A stretch of DNA of 64,000 nt. It comes from Eledone cirrhosa (taxonomy: Eukaryota). How positions within the stretch are numbered: the first letter of the stretch is position 1; each line of letters begins with the position of its first letter. The notes below the pieces were generated by a model. That model did no database searches, had not been told where the DNA came from, and worked only from the letters and a program-made list of their open reading frames with translations. Position numbers and translations under genes: made by a program. Of this stretch, positions 13,563-27,834 are shown piece after piece. The stretch lies in assembly GCA_964016885.1 (NCBI GenBank), contig OZ024758.1, forward strand, positions 3,534,001 through 3,598,000. The letters are read 5' to 3'.

Positions 13563-13789
13563 GCTTTCCGTGTATATCTCGTTATGTACTTAGAAGAAGG
13601 GTTGATAGGCTGGCCATTGTCATTGAGCATCAAATGAAGCGATGACCTCTTTGGTGCTTTAGAAACTTACACCTGTCTTATGACGAATGGGTCACAGCAC
13701 GCTCTTATATAAAGAAGTCATAGACATGGAACTTTCAGAAAATAGCTACTGCCAATATTTTAGTGTGCATCTGTATATACTTATATGAA

Positions 13790-13957
13790 TGAGTCTATAT
13801 TTATATGTATGAATATATATTTATATGTATGAGTATATGTTTATATGTATGAGTATATGTTTATATGTATGAGTATATATTTATATGTATGAGTATATAT
13901 TTATATGTATGAGTATATATTTATATGTATGAGTATATAGTTATATGTATGAGTATA
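13790..13957. repeat. 20-bp tandem repeat GAGTATATATTTATATGTAT, ~8 units
   Basis: Seen directly. Confidence 0.9.
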
Positions 13958-14807
13958 CAAATATAAACATACAAATAAACATTCATTCATACAAGTATAA
14001 ATATACTCACACAAACGAGCATATACTCAGACACGTGATATAAACACACAAATACAAATATACTTACACAATAATTGTTTCTAATAGACAATATTTGTAG
14101 TCAATTCGCTACACATATACTCACACAAGTATAGTGAATGTGATCACTGTTTTCTATAGTTTATCATCAACTCTTCCTTCCTCAGTCGTCTCCCTTTCTG
14201 TGCGTGACAAATATATAAATAAACACACATTACCTATTATTATAGTTGAGATTTATTATATTTTCGTTGTAAATCCTCTCAATGAAAATGACGATTTAAT
14301 TATATCATTATAAATTATATGTAAGTAGCGTATCAAACAATCAAAACGTGTCGAGCACTGAAAGCTTATGTACTATATTGTCTACTGTTTAAACTTAATG
14401 TTATTAGACACGAAAATAAACTTTATTCCGGTGTGAGATATTTCATTTTGAGAAATCACTTTCTCTCTGCAGAATAAGATTACTATTTTTAGAATTAATC
14501 ACTTATTGAATTCTAACTATCATTTGAATAAGTAGAAATTTGAAGACCGATTTTGAAACTATTTTTCTGACATCGTACATTCTAAACAATCATTAATTAA
14601 TTAACCAATTAAATTAATGCTATTGTCTATAAATACATATGTCACCAGCTTCCAAATGTATTGTGATCTACAACACTTTTAATACATACTTCTGTACTAT
14701 GAGACATTTACGAAATACCACCAGAACAACATACCTATACATAATATTTAAACTCCATGTCCTATGTTTCTGATAGTCTTCATAGCCATAGCTTTTCTCA
14801 TTCGTTT

Positions 14808-14978
14808 GTGAGTGTTTGTGTGACAGCTCACGCCTATGCCGATTTACCTGGCCTCCACCAAGGTACATCTCGTTGGAGGTGTCTTGGGTGATTTAATGAT
14901 GGGGACCCCAGTCCTATCATCTCATATCTACAGCTGAGTAAACTAGAGCAACGTAAAATAAAGTGTGTTGCTCAAGGA
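14808..14978 (-). mobile_element. SINE family B, 5'-truncated, tail type 3
   Basis: Similar to 51765-51930. Confidence 0.8.
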
Positions 14979-16686
14979 TCCGTTTGTGAGTATCCCAACC
15001 TAAATAATGTTTAAGTCAGATACTTCTCACATTCAAATAAACACACATCTCACTATATTTCATATGTATCCCTAACCAGAAGAAAGGGATATATGTGAAA
15101 GACAGTGAGGGCCATGGTATGGCTCCTCTACAACACACTCAATATATATGCTGAAATACTTTATCCTTTCATGGACATTAGTAAAATAAATGTTGCTGTT
15201 GTTTCGGTATCGTTTTCAATCGAGGAATTAAAGGCACAGTATGTTCGGAGAATAGTATTTATTTTTATTGAAATATTCATATGTGATGAAAATCTTTGAA
15301 CACATTTATTTTTATCTTAAACATAACTCCCTTTCACAAAAGCATTTCTTTGCTCTGAATAAATACAAAATATGATGATATAAAGAACTCTAACATAGAT
15401 TAAAAGTGTTATGTTTTTTATTATATTTATCATCTCGTATAACCATAGCACTGACTAATAAAACAAACATGTTCCCTTCCCTTCGTTGCTGATTTTCAAG
15501 AAAACTTGACCTCTATATATGTCAGTAAAAAAGGAGCGTGAGATAACAGGAAACATCCTTAACTTTAACGAGTTTCTTGCCTCGTTATTTGTCTCACTCG
15601 AGACGTTCCCTTTATCGTAATTAATGTTAAAAGATGATAATATACAATTTCAATAAAAGGAAAGTTTAATGAAAGAGAATAATTAATAGCAATGGTTGAC
15701 ATATATGATAAAATATGTGTCTCAATTTCAACGAAAATTAACAAATTTCTTATCACACAGGCGATCTTACAAACATTGCTTTACTAAATTACGTTTCCGA
15801 CATTAGTAAACATCTTATTGGTTCAAAAAGAGTCGCTTGTGTATGTCCTGATATGTAAATTTGTTTCTTCTTCGTGTCTACTACCAATATGCCATAATTA
15901 TGCTATAATAATCATTTTGCAAAGCGGTTGGTTTAAGAAGAAATAGAAAAATGTGTGTATCCCACAGTAAATGATCATATTAATATTTGAAACTCTATAA
16001 ATAATAGTTCGGAAAATCGGCTAAACTTGAAATACCTTCTATTTTATTAAAATTCTTTTCTGAAATACTTTGTAGAGAGCGACAACCGGTTAGCAAATTA
16101 TTTCATGGGAATACTGTGAGATATTCGCTTAAATATCATCATATCATATGTTGCACTTCACTTCAATCCAACTTCTCACAATTATTTCCACATTTGTGTA
16201 ACTGGTGTTATATTTATGTCACATCCCAGAACCCTTCCTCTTGTTATCAAGAGGTACAGCGTCACGGGTTCCACCTTGCTTGGTTCCTTGTGTTTGTGCA
16301 GTTTAGTGACCTATATTCCCCAAATACATTTTCATGTGGCAACCACCCACAAAACACCATTCTATTTGATACCTTACCACAACATGTCATGTTAACAACA
16401 CTATAAACGAAGATTAGATACAGCTGTTCTCCTCATAACATACACCAAGACACAATCGTACTAACTTCACGCATACAAAATACTCTAAATACATACATCT
16501 ATACACTCAAAAATATCTGGTCAATTATATACACACCGGTGTATATCTCTACACACAGATATCATTTCCTTTCTCTCTTCCCTCTATCCGATGTCCCATT
16601 CTTCTTCCCTTGAAATTTCACTTCTCCTACATTTTCAATTTACTAAATATTTAACCTATCACTATATATATATATCTATATATATA

Positions 16687-16736
<50 letters not shown>

Positions 16737-17588
16737 GCAGTTTTATTCATCCAATATATGTTTTGCCTTCACCAAACATTCCTTAAAACGACGGATAACA
16801 ATATAAATTACTGTTAATCTTTCTACATACACCAACTAAACATACACACACATGAAAACATGAATATACAAAACATCACGTGCACACACACACACCCACG
16901 CACACACGCATGCACACACGCATGGACACACACAACACACGTAATTAAATACATCTTCCAACTTGATTAAATACACTCACATGCTTTTACTTACACGGAC
17001 ACACATGCAAGCACATATATCTATACTCTGATAGGAGGATATATATATATATACACACAAACACACATGAACATTACATCTCTGTATACCGAATGACCTC
17101 TCGAACCACGGATCTGATTGATAACAGAAGACCCTAAGTTTGACATACAAACACACAACCAACCCAAACCCTCACATCTGCCAAAATAAAAAAAAAACAA
17201 ATCTCATGACGACCTTACCAGCATTCTAACGATAAGGAATGTATATATTAATAGTCTGAACATAGTGCGGTGACTGAATAAAAGCAGAAATGTTAATTTC
17301 TGCCATAGCTAATAATATAAGGACCTACCATTGTAATATATACAGCGAAATACTCTCAAATACATACATAGAGAGAAAGAGATGGTGAAAGAGAGAGAGA
17401 TAGAGAGAAAAAGTGAGATTGGAATTAGCAATGAAAATATATTTTAGGGTGTGTTTTTTTTTTTTTTTCCCTTACTTTGATTCGTCAGTTACATTATTGA
17501 AAAAATGAGAGGGACAATTCTTTTAAAAAATAGTTTTATAATGTATATAAAGTATATATATATATTTAATTATCACATATATACATAG

Positions 17589-17730
17589 ATACATACATAC
17601 ATACACATATTGTTTCTACTATTGTCACAAGGCCAGCAAATTAGCCAGTACATTACTGGTACTTTTATGTACTGGGTAATTGCTGGCTTTGTGCCAAAAG
17701 TAGAAACAATATGTGTATGTATGTATGTAT
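17589..17730. repeat. Fold-back inverted duplication of a SINE A 3' end plus flank
   Basis: Arms 17589-17653 and 17667-17730 are reverse complements with a few mismatches. Confidence 0.9.
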
Positions 17731-17773
<43 letters not shown>

Positions 17774-18036
17774 TTAGTTATACTATTTATGGTTATGTAA
17801 ATACAAAACTTTATGCAGTTATAAGTATTTGTTATACACACCCTAAATAGTGGTAGGCAGTAATGTATTACTACCTTATTACCAGTAAGTTAAGTAGCTC
17901 AATGTAAAAACATCAGATGATTTACAGAGCAGTTATATTTCAGAGCAGTTATATTTCATATATTTCATATTTCAAATATTTCATATATATATATATGTAT
18001 ACTGTATATTCATTATAAAACTCTTTATATAAAATA

Positions 18037-18857
18037 CTAGCAGTAAAGCCCGGCGTTGCTCGGGGTCGCTCAGTAGCTGTGTTAAAGTTACAATGTTAAG
18101 TTTCTTTCTTGGCTTAAAAACTGTAGTGTCTACTGTGCAGACTTGCATGTGGTGTTTTTGATTAATATTCCCTCAACCAACAATATGCCTTATGAAGTTA
18201 AGAAAACATAACGATAACCCGAATGTTACAAAAGAGGATGCTGGGGATAGAAACTGCACTGGTTATTTATTAACAAAGATCGAAAATGTAAACACTGCAA
18301 CGCAGAGAAAAACATTAGCGTAACCAAATTATCAGTTATGTCTGTCTGCACGCCTATATCACCTCTCTGCACGACTGTCTGTCTGCACGCCTATATCACC
18401 TCTCTGCACGACTGTCTGTCTGCACGCCTAACGACGAAATATTTGCTTGTTTTACGTAGTCTTTAAATAGACTTGTTTTCAAGTAAAAATATTGTTTTAA
18501 AATGCTTTTAAATGGAAATGAAGCAAAACGGAAGCTTAGTGTTCGAACTGATGAATTTTGCAGGTCAATATTTTGCTGGCTGGACAACTGAGAAAGCCAG
18601 CGTAATTTTTTACGTAAGACGCTCAATGTAAACAGAACAAAGGGAAATAACTGATAACTTACGCTCAAAAATCGATACATTATATTCGATTTCGTCACAT
18701 AGGGCGGGTCAATTTGAAATTTTTTTTTTCCGATGTCTTCGCTAGGGCTCAATGTACAAGTATAGCAATTTCGGTGCAATTCCGTGAGAGATTCTAAGAG
18801 GAGATGTGTGCCAAAAATCGATAGACAGACAGACAACCACAGTTTTATATATATAGA
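18037..18857 (-). mobile_element. Non-autonomous Helitron (821 bp)
   Basis: Minus strand starts TC(TATATATATAAAA...GTCTGTCTGTC) and ends in CTAG, with the GC hairpin CCCGAGCAACGCCGGG just upstream; inserted between A and T with no TSD. Confidence 0.88.
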
Positions 18858-19053
18858 TAATATGTTCTAGCATAACTTCAAATACCGTCATAGAGACGCG
18901 TCTCTTCGTGTTTATCTTTCTTCATATGCATTTTTCTAGCAACTGTTTGTACTCGCATTCAGGTTTTACGATTGTTCATCCTGCGTCTTTACTTATCATA
19001 ATTCATCCCCTGAGCGTTTTGTAAGTTTGAATGTTCGAGCTTTGCAGGCTATT

Positions 19054-19657
<604 letters not shown>

Positions 19658-19661
19658 TAGT

Positions 19662-19878
19662 GAAGGCGTGTGGCTGAATGGTTAGAGTATTGGATTCACA
19701 ATCGTGAGGTTGTGAGTTCGATTCCTGAACCAGGCGATGCGTTATGTCCTTGAGCAAGACACTTTATTTCACGTTGCTCCTTCTACCTGGAGTTGCGACC
19801 GATAGATAGTATTAGCAATTGGAAAGACCAACGGAAACATGGTTTCCTCGGTCCGATTTGACGAAAGTCGATCGACTA
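19662..19878 (+). mobile_element. SINE family B, full length, tail type 1
   Basis: A box TGGCTGAATGG, B box GTTCGATTCC, CORE-like segment, tail shared with 42827-42976. Confidence 0.88.
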
Positions 19879-19884
19879 GAATAT

Positions 19885-19903
19885 AATATAATATATATAT
19901 ATT

Positions 19904-19938
<35 letters not shown>

Positions 19939-20113
19939 ATTTATATATATATATATTTATATATATGTATATTTATATATATATATTTATATATATATAT
20001 ATTTATATTTATATATATATATTTATATATATATATATTTATATATATATATATTTATATATATATATATTTATATATATATTTATATATATATATATAT
20101 TTATATATATATT

Positions 20114-20194
<81 letters not shown>

Positions 20195-20375
20195 TTAATT
20201 ATATATATATATATATATTTAATTATATATATATATATATTTAGTTATATATATATATATATTTAGTTATATATATATATATATATTTAGTTATATATAT
20301 ATATATATATTTAGTTATATATATATATATATATTTAGTTATATATATTTATTTATATATATATATATATATTTT

Positions 20376-20414
<39 letters not shown>

Positions 20415-20611
20415 CATATATATATATATATTTTTATATATATATATATATATTTCATATATATATATATTTTTATATATATATATATATATTTCATATA
20501 TATATATATTTTTATATATATATATATATATATTTTTATATATATATATATATATTTCATATATATATATATTTTTATATATATATATATTTTTATATAT
20601 ATATATATATA

Positions 20612-20642
<31 letters not shown>

Positions 20643-20947
20643 TTTTATATATATATATATTTTTATATATATATATATATATTTTTATATATATATATAT
20701 TTTTCTATATATATATATATATTTTTATATATATATATATATATATTTTTATATATATATATATATATATTTTTATATATATATATATTTTTCTATATAT
20801 ATATATATATTTTTATATATATATATATATATATTTTTATATATATATATATATATATTTTTATATATATATATATATATATTTTTATATATATATATAT
20901 ATATATTTTTATATATATATATATATATTTTTATATATATATATATA

Positions 20948-20980
<33 letters not shown>

Positions 20981-21021
20981 TTTTATATATATATATATTT
21001 TTATATATATATATATATATA

Positions 21022-21052
<31 letters not shown>

Positions 21053-21265
21053 TTTTATATATATATATATATATTTTTATATATATATATATATATATTT
21101 TTATATATATATATATATATATATTTTTATATATATATATATATATATATTTTTATATATATATATATATATTTTTATATATATATATACATTTTTATAT
21201 ATATATATATATATATATTTTTATATATATATATATATATATATTTTTATATATATATATATATA

Positions 21266-21303
<38 letters not shown>

Positions 21304-21450
21304 TATATATATATTTTTATATATATATTTTTATATATATATTTTTATATATATATTTTTATATATATATTTTTATATATATATTTTTATATATATATAT
21401 TTTTTTTATATATATATATATATACATATATACATACATACATACATATT
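19885..21450. repeat. ~1.5-kb compound (TA)n array
   Basis: Seen directly; variant blocks TTTA, TTAGTTA, TTTCA, TTTTTA. Confidence 0.95.
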
Positions 21451-23556
21451 TAATATGGGGGGCTGAAATCATAAAAAAACATTTCCAAGATCTCTTGGTG
21501 ATATTTGTATGAATGCAAGTATGAAATACACTGCGGTAAATATTAGTTCAAAGAAAATAAATTACCGTTATTGATTTTTTTTTTTTTTTTTTTTTAAATT
21601 ATTGTTGGAAACATTCCTTATAACTTAATTCTTTTGTTAATTATTCGCTTTCGCTTTGTCTACCTTTGCTTTCATTTTATTTTTTTGTTCTCTTTAATTT
21701 TTCTATATTGAATTATTTTTCACGTTTTGTCTGGTCGTTGGAGACATTTCTCCAAAACAAAGAATATAACTGCTTGTATGTTGACTATTTCTGTTGAAAA
21801 AATATAATAGGATTGGGGACATATCTCTAGTTATGAAGTAGATGCACTTTTAGTAGAGCTTCTGTTTTTATTTGTATATAAATATCCTTCCTGGTGGTCA
21901 TGGCTGGAATGTATATGATAGTATGTGGTTAACGATGGCTGATCTGATGCAAAATGCCGACATCGGCACTAAATATATGTTATGTATTTAGAAACAATTA
22001 ATAGAGCATTAAATGTGAACAAATTACCACAGAATATTCCGTTTAATGTTGCGTTTACACATTAATAGTAATTTCATTGGTCTGGAAGACAAGTAAAATA
22101 ATACCTTCATCTCCAAACAGATGTAAGTTTTTTCTTGAAAGTTTTCTAGAGCCACTTTTTAAGTATTAAAAAAAACGACGTAGTTTCTAAATTTTAATCT
22201 TTTACATTCCGCTTCTGACACGTAACCTTTAACACCGAACTGTAAATCATCATATAACTTTACTTTAAGACAGAGTATTCCTTTCATTGCTAATCTTATA
22301 GATGTAACACCCACTATTTTTCTCTCCCCTGTACAAGCTCATATTATCTCGGAAGATCTCATTCTCAATGTCTCTCGAAACTTCCTCGACATGAAACGAT
22401 TATTTTTAATGCTTTTCACTTAACACTAGATTTTTTTATTCTATTTTGTTTATAAGTTTGCATCTAGCATTTAGGTATTTCGTTACATATAAGCTACTTT
22501 GGCATGGCTTTATCTCTCACTAACTTTTCCTTCATTCCAGTCGCGTTTATGTGGAGTTTCTATTATATATAAACAATGTAACTAATGTATACCTCTTTTA
22601 TCCATCATCTTTTAAATATCTGTGCCGTTAAATCCTCTTCACTTACTGTACCCTATACACATCCAACGAATCGCAACGCAATTTATACATTAGCATCTGT
22701 TAACCCTATAAATTTCCCAAATCGAAGTAAACGACGAACAATGCGCCAACACAGAATACGCTGTCACTTATATTATTGATCGTCTGTAAATGATATTTGG
22801 ATATCTATATTCGTGACGATGGAACCATTTCTCGCATGCAAACCAGATAGTAGGTTATCCATCATATGTGCACTCTTTTTATATTCCTAACCATATGGCA
22901 ATTATTTTCTCGTTGCTCCGGATTTAATCATAGCAACTTCATTTTCTGGACGAGTAGACGCGTCAGGAAAGTGGAATAGAAGAGATTTGCTGGGTATTAT
23001 ATATTGTTTAGTATTATTTTTAGCGTAGTCAGCATTCTCTCATCCTACATTAAAGTAATGCAGAGTGAGGCAGAGGAATCAAAATTGACCAGTAATGTGT
23101 ATGACACCGAAGACTATTTTGAATAGACAAAATCTATTCTGTGAGCGGATAAAAGCAAGTTGTTCAGTGAGGAGTGTGCAATTTATTGAATCTGATTATT
23201 TTGAACTCAGTAAAAAACCCAAGTCGTCTGCATTTGATATACATAGTATATAGAAAATAAGAAAATACATTATTACAAAAGGATTATGAAATGAAGGGTT
23301 TTATTATTAGTAAATAAAGGTTAACTTTTGAAGAATACATGATTGGGCTCTTGTTTTTAACAATTACATTGCATGAAAGTCATCATATTTTAGCAAGATG
23401 TAATATAGGAAAACAAGTAAAATTTGTAGGGTGTATATTTTATATAATAATGTCATTCGATAAATTGGTTAAATTCTAATTATACGAACACCCATAATAT
23501 ACAGGGACATTCATATATGTGCACACACGTAAGACATGCACACACACGCACACGTA

Positions 23557-23626
<70 letters not shown>

Positions 23627-23676
23627 TATATATATATATTTATATATTTATATATATATATTTATATATATATATT

Positions 23677-23734
<58 letters not shown>

Positions 23735-24146
23735 TATATATATATATTTATATATATATATTTATATATATATATATTTATATATATATATATTTATATA
23801 TTTATATATATATATATTTATATATATATATTTATATATATATTTATATATATATATATTTATATATATATTTTTATATATATATATTTATATATATATT
23901 TATATATATATATATTTATATATATATATTTATATATATATATTTATATATATATATTTATATATATATATTTATATATATATATTTATATATATATATT
24001 TATATATATTTATATATATATATTTATATATTTATATATATATATATTTATATATTTATATATTTATATATATTTATATATTTATATATATTTATATATT
24101 TATTTATATTTATATATTTATTTATATTTATATATTTATTTATATT

Positions 24147-24203
<57 letters not shown>

Positions 24204-24220
24204 ATATTTATATATATATT

Positions 24221-24281
<61 letters not shown>

Positions 24282-24295
24282 ATTTATATATATAT
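23557..24295. repeat. (TA)n array with TTTA interruptions
   Basis: Seen directly. Confidence 0.95.
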
Positions 24296-24312
24296 GATTA
24301 TCTATGATTGTA

Positions 24313-24495
24313 TTGTTTGGCAGTATCGGTGGAGAGTCAGACACCATGCTTTGCAGCATAGATTTATGGCTCTTTACATTGAGTTCAAATCCCGCCGAGG
24401 TTAACTTTGCCTTTCATCCTTACGGGGTCGATAAATTAAAGTACCAGTAATACACTGGGTAATTGCTGGCCTTGTGCCAAAAGTAGAAACAATTA
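24313..24495 (+). mobile_element. SINE family A, short-3' variant
   Basis: Head, B box and tail present. Confidence 0.92.
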
Positions 24496-24800
24496 TGTAT
24501 GTTTACATTACTGATATATTAACACAGTTTACACCCCACGTTTATTATTAATATATAATTATTTATCCCACCCCTTGAATAGAATTAAGCCAAAAATATC
24601 TCTAGCTAAAGAATCATTAATTGATCGTTTAAAGAAAAGACGACACGTTAGATGGTAGGGATGTTGATAATGTATATGAGACGGGATGTTAAGATTAGGA
24701 CAACATTAATCAACGCTTTGTCCTTTGAAGGGAGGCCTCTCTACAAGAAATATTATCAACGCAACACCCGTGTTATATTTTGCTTTACACAAAAACTTAT

Positions 24801-25019
24801 AATAATGGTTTCTGATTTGGGCACAAGGCCAACAATTTTGGTAGAGAAGTCGCTGAAATCAAGCCCAGTGCATTAATGGTTCTTTATTTTATCGACCCCG
24901 TAAGGATGAAAGGCAAAGTTAACTTTGGCTTCATATGTATTCAGATCGTAAAGGCCCAAAACTCGATGCTGCAAAGCATGGTGTCCGATGCTCTATCGAT
25001 ACTGTCAATCCACCGCCCT
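24801..25019 (-). mobile_element. SINE family A, full length
   Basis: Reverse strand begins agggcggtggattgacagtatcgatagagcatcggacaccatgct, which defines the family 5' end. Confidence 0.9.
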
Positions 25020-25143
25020 AATGTTACAGATAATATATAAAATAAATTATGTTAAAAAGCTCTTGAAATTTACCATTAGTAAGAACAGTCATTTCCTTAC
25101 CGTTCCTGTCTCCTATACAAAACCACGTTTTTGAATTATAATG

Positions 25144-25244
25144 CAGAGTGTATTTAAAGAAATGTATACACACTTAAACCGCATTCGAATAAATATTGCC
25201 CCTACCAGTAATAAAAGGTTGTATACACTTTTTGGGGCACCCTG
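25144..25244. mobile_element. Tc1/mariner-type MITE remnant
   Basis: Degenerate TIRs CAGAGTGTATTTAAAGAAATGTATACA and (reverse) CAGGGTGCCCCAAAAAGTGTATACA; the same TIR recurs near 45275. Flanks are TG rather than TA. Confidence 0.5.
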
Positions 25245-26902
25245 TGTATTGAACACAGAAAGAAATGCCTTTTCATATTCTCTTAAACCTTGGAATAATA
25301 ATGCTTAATTTTCAAGTCGCCAATTTTAGTAGTACACCTTCTGATTCTTGTTTGTATTTAAGAAATAAACGAATTCAACATATGTGTAACTTACATTGTG
25401 ATTATTTACTGCATTTTGTTATGAAGATGGTTACACGCAGCAAGTAACCAACCAAATCAAAGAAGAATTATAATGTTTCTTGTTTCCCGAATCATTCCAT
25501 CGTTGACATAGCTATTTTGAAATTGACATTGTACTCCAGGATGACCGCAACATAGATTGATATGTTGATAACATGGCTGTCATTTATTTCTAAATAACGC
25601 TACAGTCATCGGTGGAATGATCCATTTCACGGTATCAGAGTTTGGCAGCGGGAAGGAAATCCCTTATTCTTGAACTGTTAACCTGAAGTCAAGAAATGTA
25701 CATACACAGTAGTGGAATAATTCGACCGAATAAAGGTTTTAAATCTATATGTATATGACAGAAAAAAACATAAAGAAAGCGTAATTCTTCTCCAAATTAG
25801 TTTGTGGCCTCCTTGTTTGCAAACAAAAATGTTATTACATTTTAATAACATAACTTTCAGTAATACTTCTAGTTTTCATTAGATTACAGGTGCCAAAAAA
25901 ATATTCAAATACGTCAAATTTCGAAGCAGATGTGAAGAACTATGTTGAAATCCAGGCGAAGATGGGCAATGATTTCTCCACCAATGCCGATCCGACAACG
26001 GACATGTGTTAGAATTTAGGGTCGAAGCCTCCAATAAATCTTGGTAAATATATGGTGTTATCAGCTCATCCTGGTCAAGGCTATATTTACCAAAGATGAA
26101 TGAAAATTAAGCAACATCTTTAAGATATAATTCCCCTTATATCATGCTAACGTCCTCTGTTTAGATCAGATTCTTAACATATGTTTACTTTACAAAAATA
26201 TTAATGCTTTCAATTCTAATTAGAAGTGCAGCTGTGTTAATAATAGTGAGTTGTAGACACCAAACATTGAAATAATAATAACAAAAGTATATAACAATTT
26301 ATTAGATAAGTAACAACTGGTAGAATTAATCATATCTTGAAATAGTTTAGTCATCAATGATCCTAGTTATTTTTAAGATGAATATGAAATAGACACATTT
26401 AAAATATTTTTGCTATCGTTATTGATCACACAATTGTTTCTGTCTGTTCTTATCTTGCAGAATTCCTTTCGGAGCAAATATTGTAATATCTATCTCATTT
26501 AGTATTCTACAGAAACAAAATTAATAAAGAAAACATTAGATAGACTTGTCACCTCGATATATTGATGTTTGTTATGTGGCAATTTAATATGCTAATTACC
26601 ATGTGTACCAAATGTTCCGTTTCTAATAAAAATAACTTCCATGCTGGGAGATATAAAATGATGTGCCTCTTTCGATGAAAAGTTTATGAATGTTTGCATT
26701 CAATGATAATAGAATCTACAATTTGTTTATGAAAGATAAATATGATATGAAACATATTATTAGCATATAATATTGAAATAAATAACTTTGATTCACGACA
26801 ATGCATACATTTTTCAATTTTATTTAAAGATAGCTCTTAGAATATGATTACGTAAGCATAGCTGAAAAATGTCTCGTTATTCAATATTTATATATATATA
26901 TT

Positions 26903-27027
26903 AGGATAAATTAGTTTGACCAATAATCAACAGAGCACTCGATCCATTGGGGTAGGGCTATGGGACGGGTATGGCCATCAGAGGGCTGACATCTTGCCGT
27001 TTCAAGACCAAGTTCCGGAAGTAGCTT
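26903..27027 (-). mobile_element. (TA)n-flanked short element with a hammerhead 3' half
   Basis: Minus strand GAAA-CGGC-aagatgtca-GCC(c)TC; shares agagcactc(g)atcc with the 52817-52977 element. Confidence 0.5.
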
Positions 27028-27383
27028 ATATATATATGTATATATATAATGTGTGTGTGTATCTCGTTATGTCTCTGTGTATGATTATGTGGAATTATGC
27101 TGTATGTTCTCTCGGTTTAATTTATAAATGTTCACCAATAGAGAGTCGTTTTCAAACATAGCTAGAAGATTCACTGGAATTAAGACAATATCAACTAGAT
27201 AAATATTCATGTATGTCTGTGTTTGTGGGTGTATGCAGTTATAGGTGTTATTGTATGCAGTATAGATCCGTATAATTTGAGTTATATATATATATATCCC
27301 AGTATATGTTTCTGAATATATAAAAATATATACGTACTTATTACACGCTAAATTTTTGAAATGTTTTACGAATATTTCTTACT

Positions 27384-27834
27384 GTGTACGTGTCTCGACA
27401 AAAAGCACCCAATACACACTGTAAAGTAATCATGTAGGTGTTACATCAGAAGAGACCCAGTTCACACTGTAAAGTCATCGTGTTGGTGTCACTACAAAAA
27501 GCAAACAGTCCAAACTGTAAAGTTGTCGTGTAGGTGTCACAACAAAAACAATCCAATCCACATTGGAAAGTGGTTATGTAGGTGTCACCACAAAATCACC
27601 CAATCGACACTGTAAAGTGATCGTGTAGGAATCACGGCATAAATCAGTTAGCACACACTGTAAATGTGGTAGGCGTTAGAAAGGTCATCCTGCTGTAGAA
27701 ATCTAGCCAGAAACAGTTCTGTATGAGCAGGCTACGGCCACCTGACCCAACCTGCCTCAATTGGGACAACACGTCTAACCCATGCTAGCGTGAAAGTTGG
27801 ACGTTAAACGGGGAAGATTACGATGATGATGATG
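27384..27834 (+). mobile_element. SINE 3' half (third family) preceded by ~6 tandem copies of its own ~48-bp segment
   Basis: Units ggtgtcacnacaaaaagcacccaatacacactgtaaagt...; the last continues into ggcgttagaaaggtcatcctgctgtagaaa...aacccatgctagcgtgaaagttggacgttaaacg...(GAT)n. Confidence 0.8.

Noticed and set aside
19662-19735. tRNA gene
   Set aside because: Has A and B boxes but continues into a SINE core and lacks a paired acceptor stem.
25890-26043. Plus-strand exon-like segment
   Set aside because: All frames contain stops (two TGA in the frame reaching the donor); no SECIS or homology recognised.
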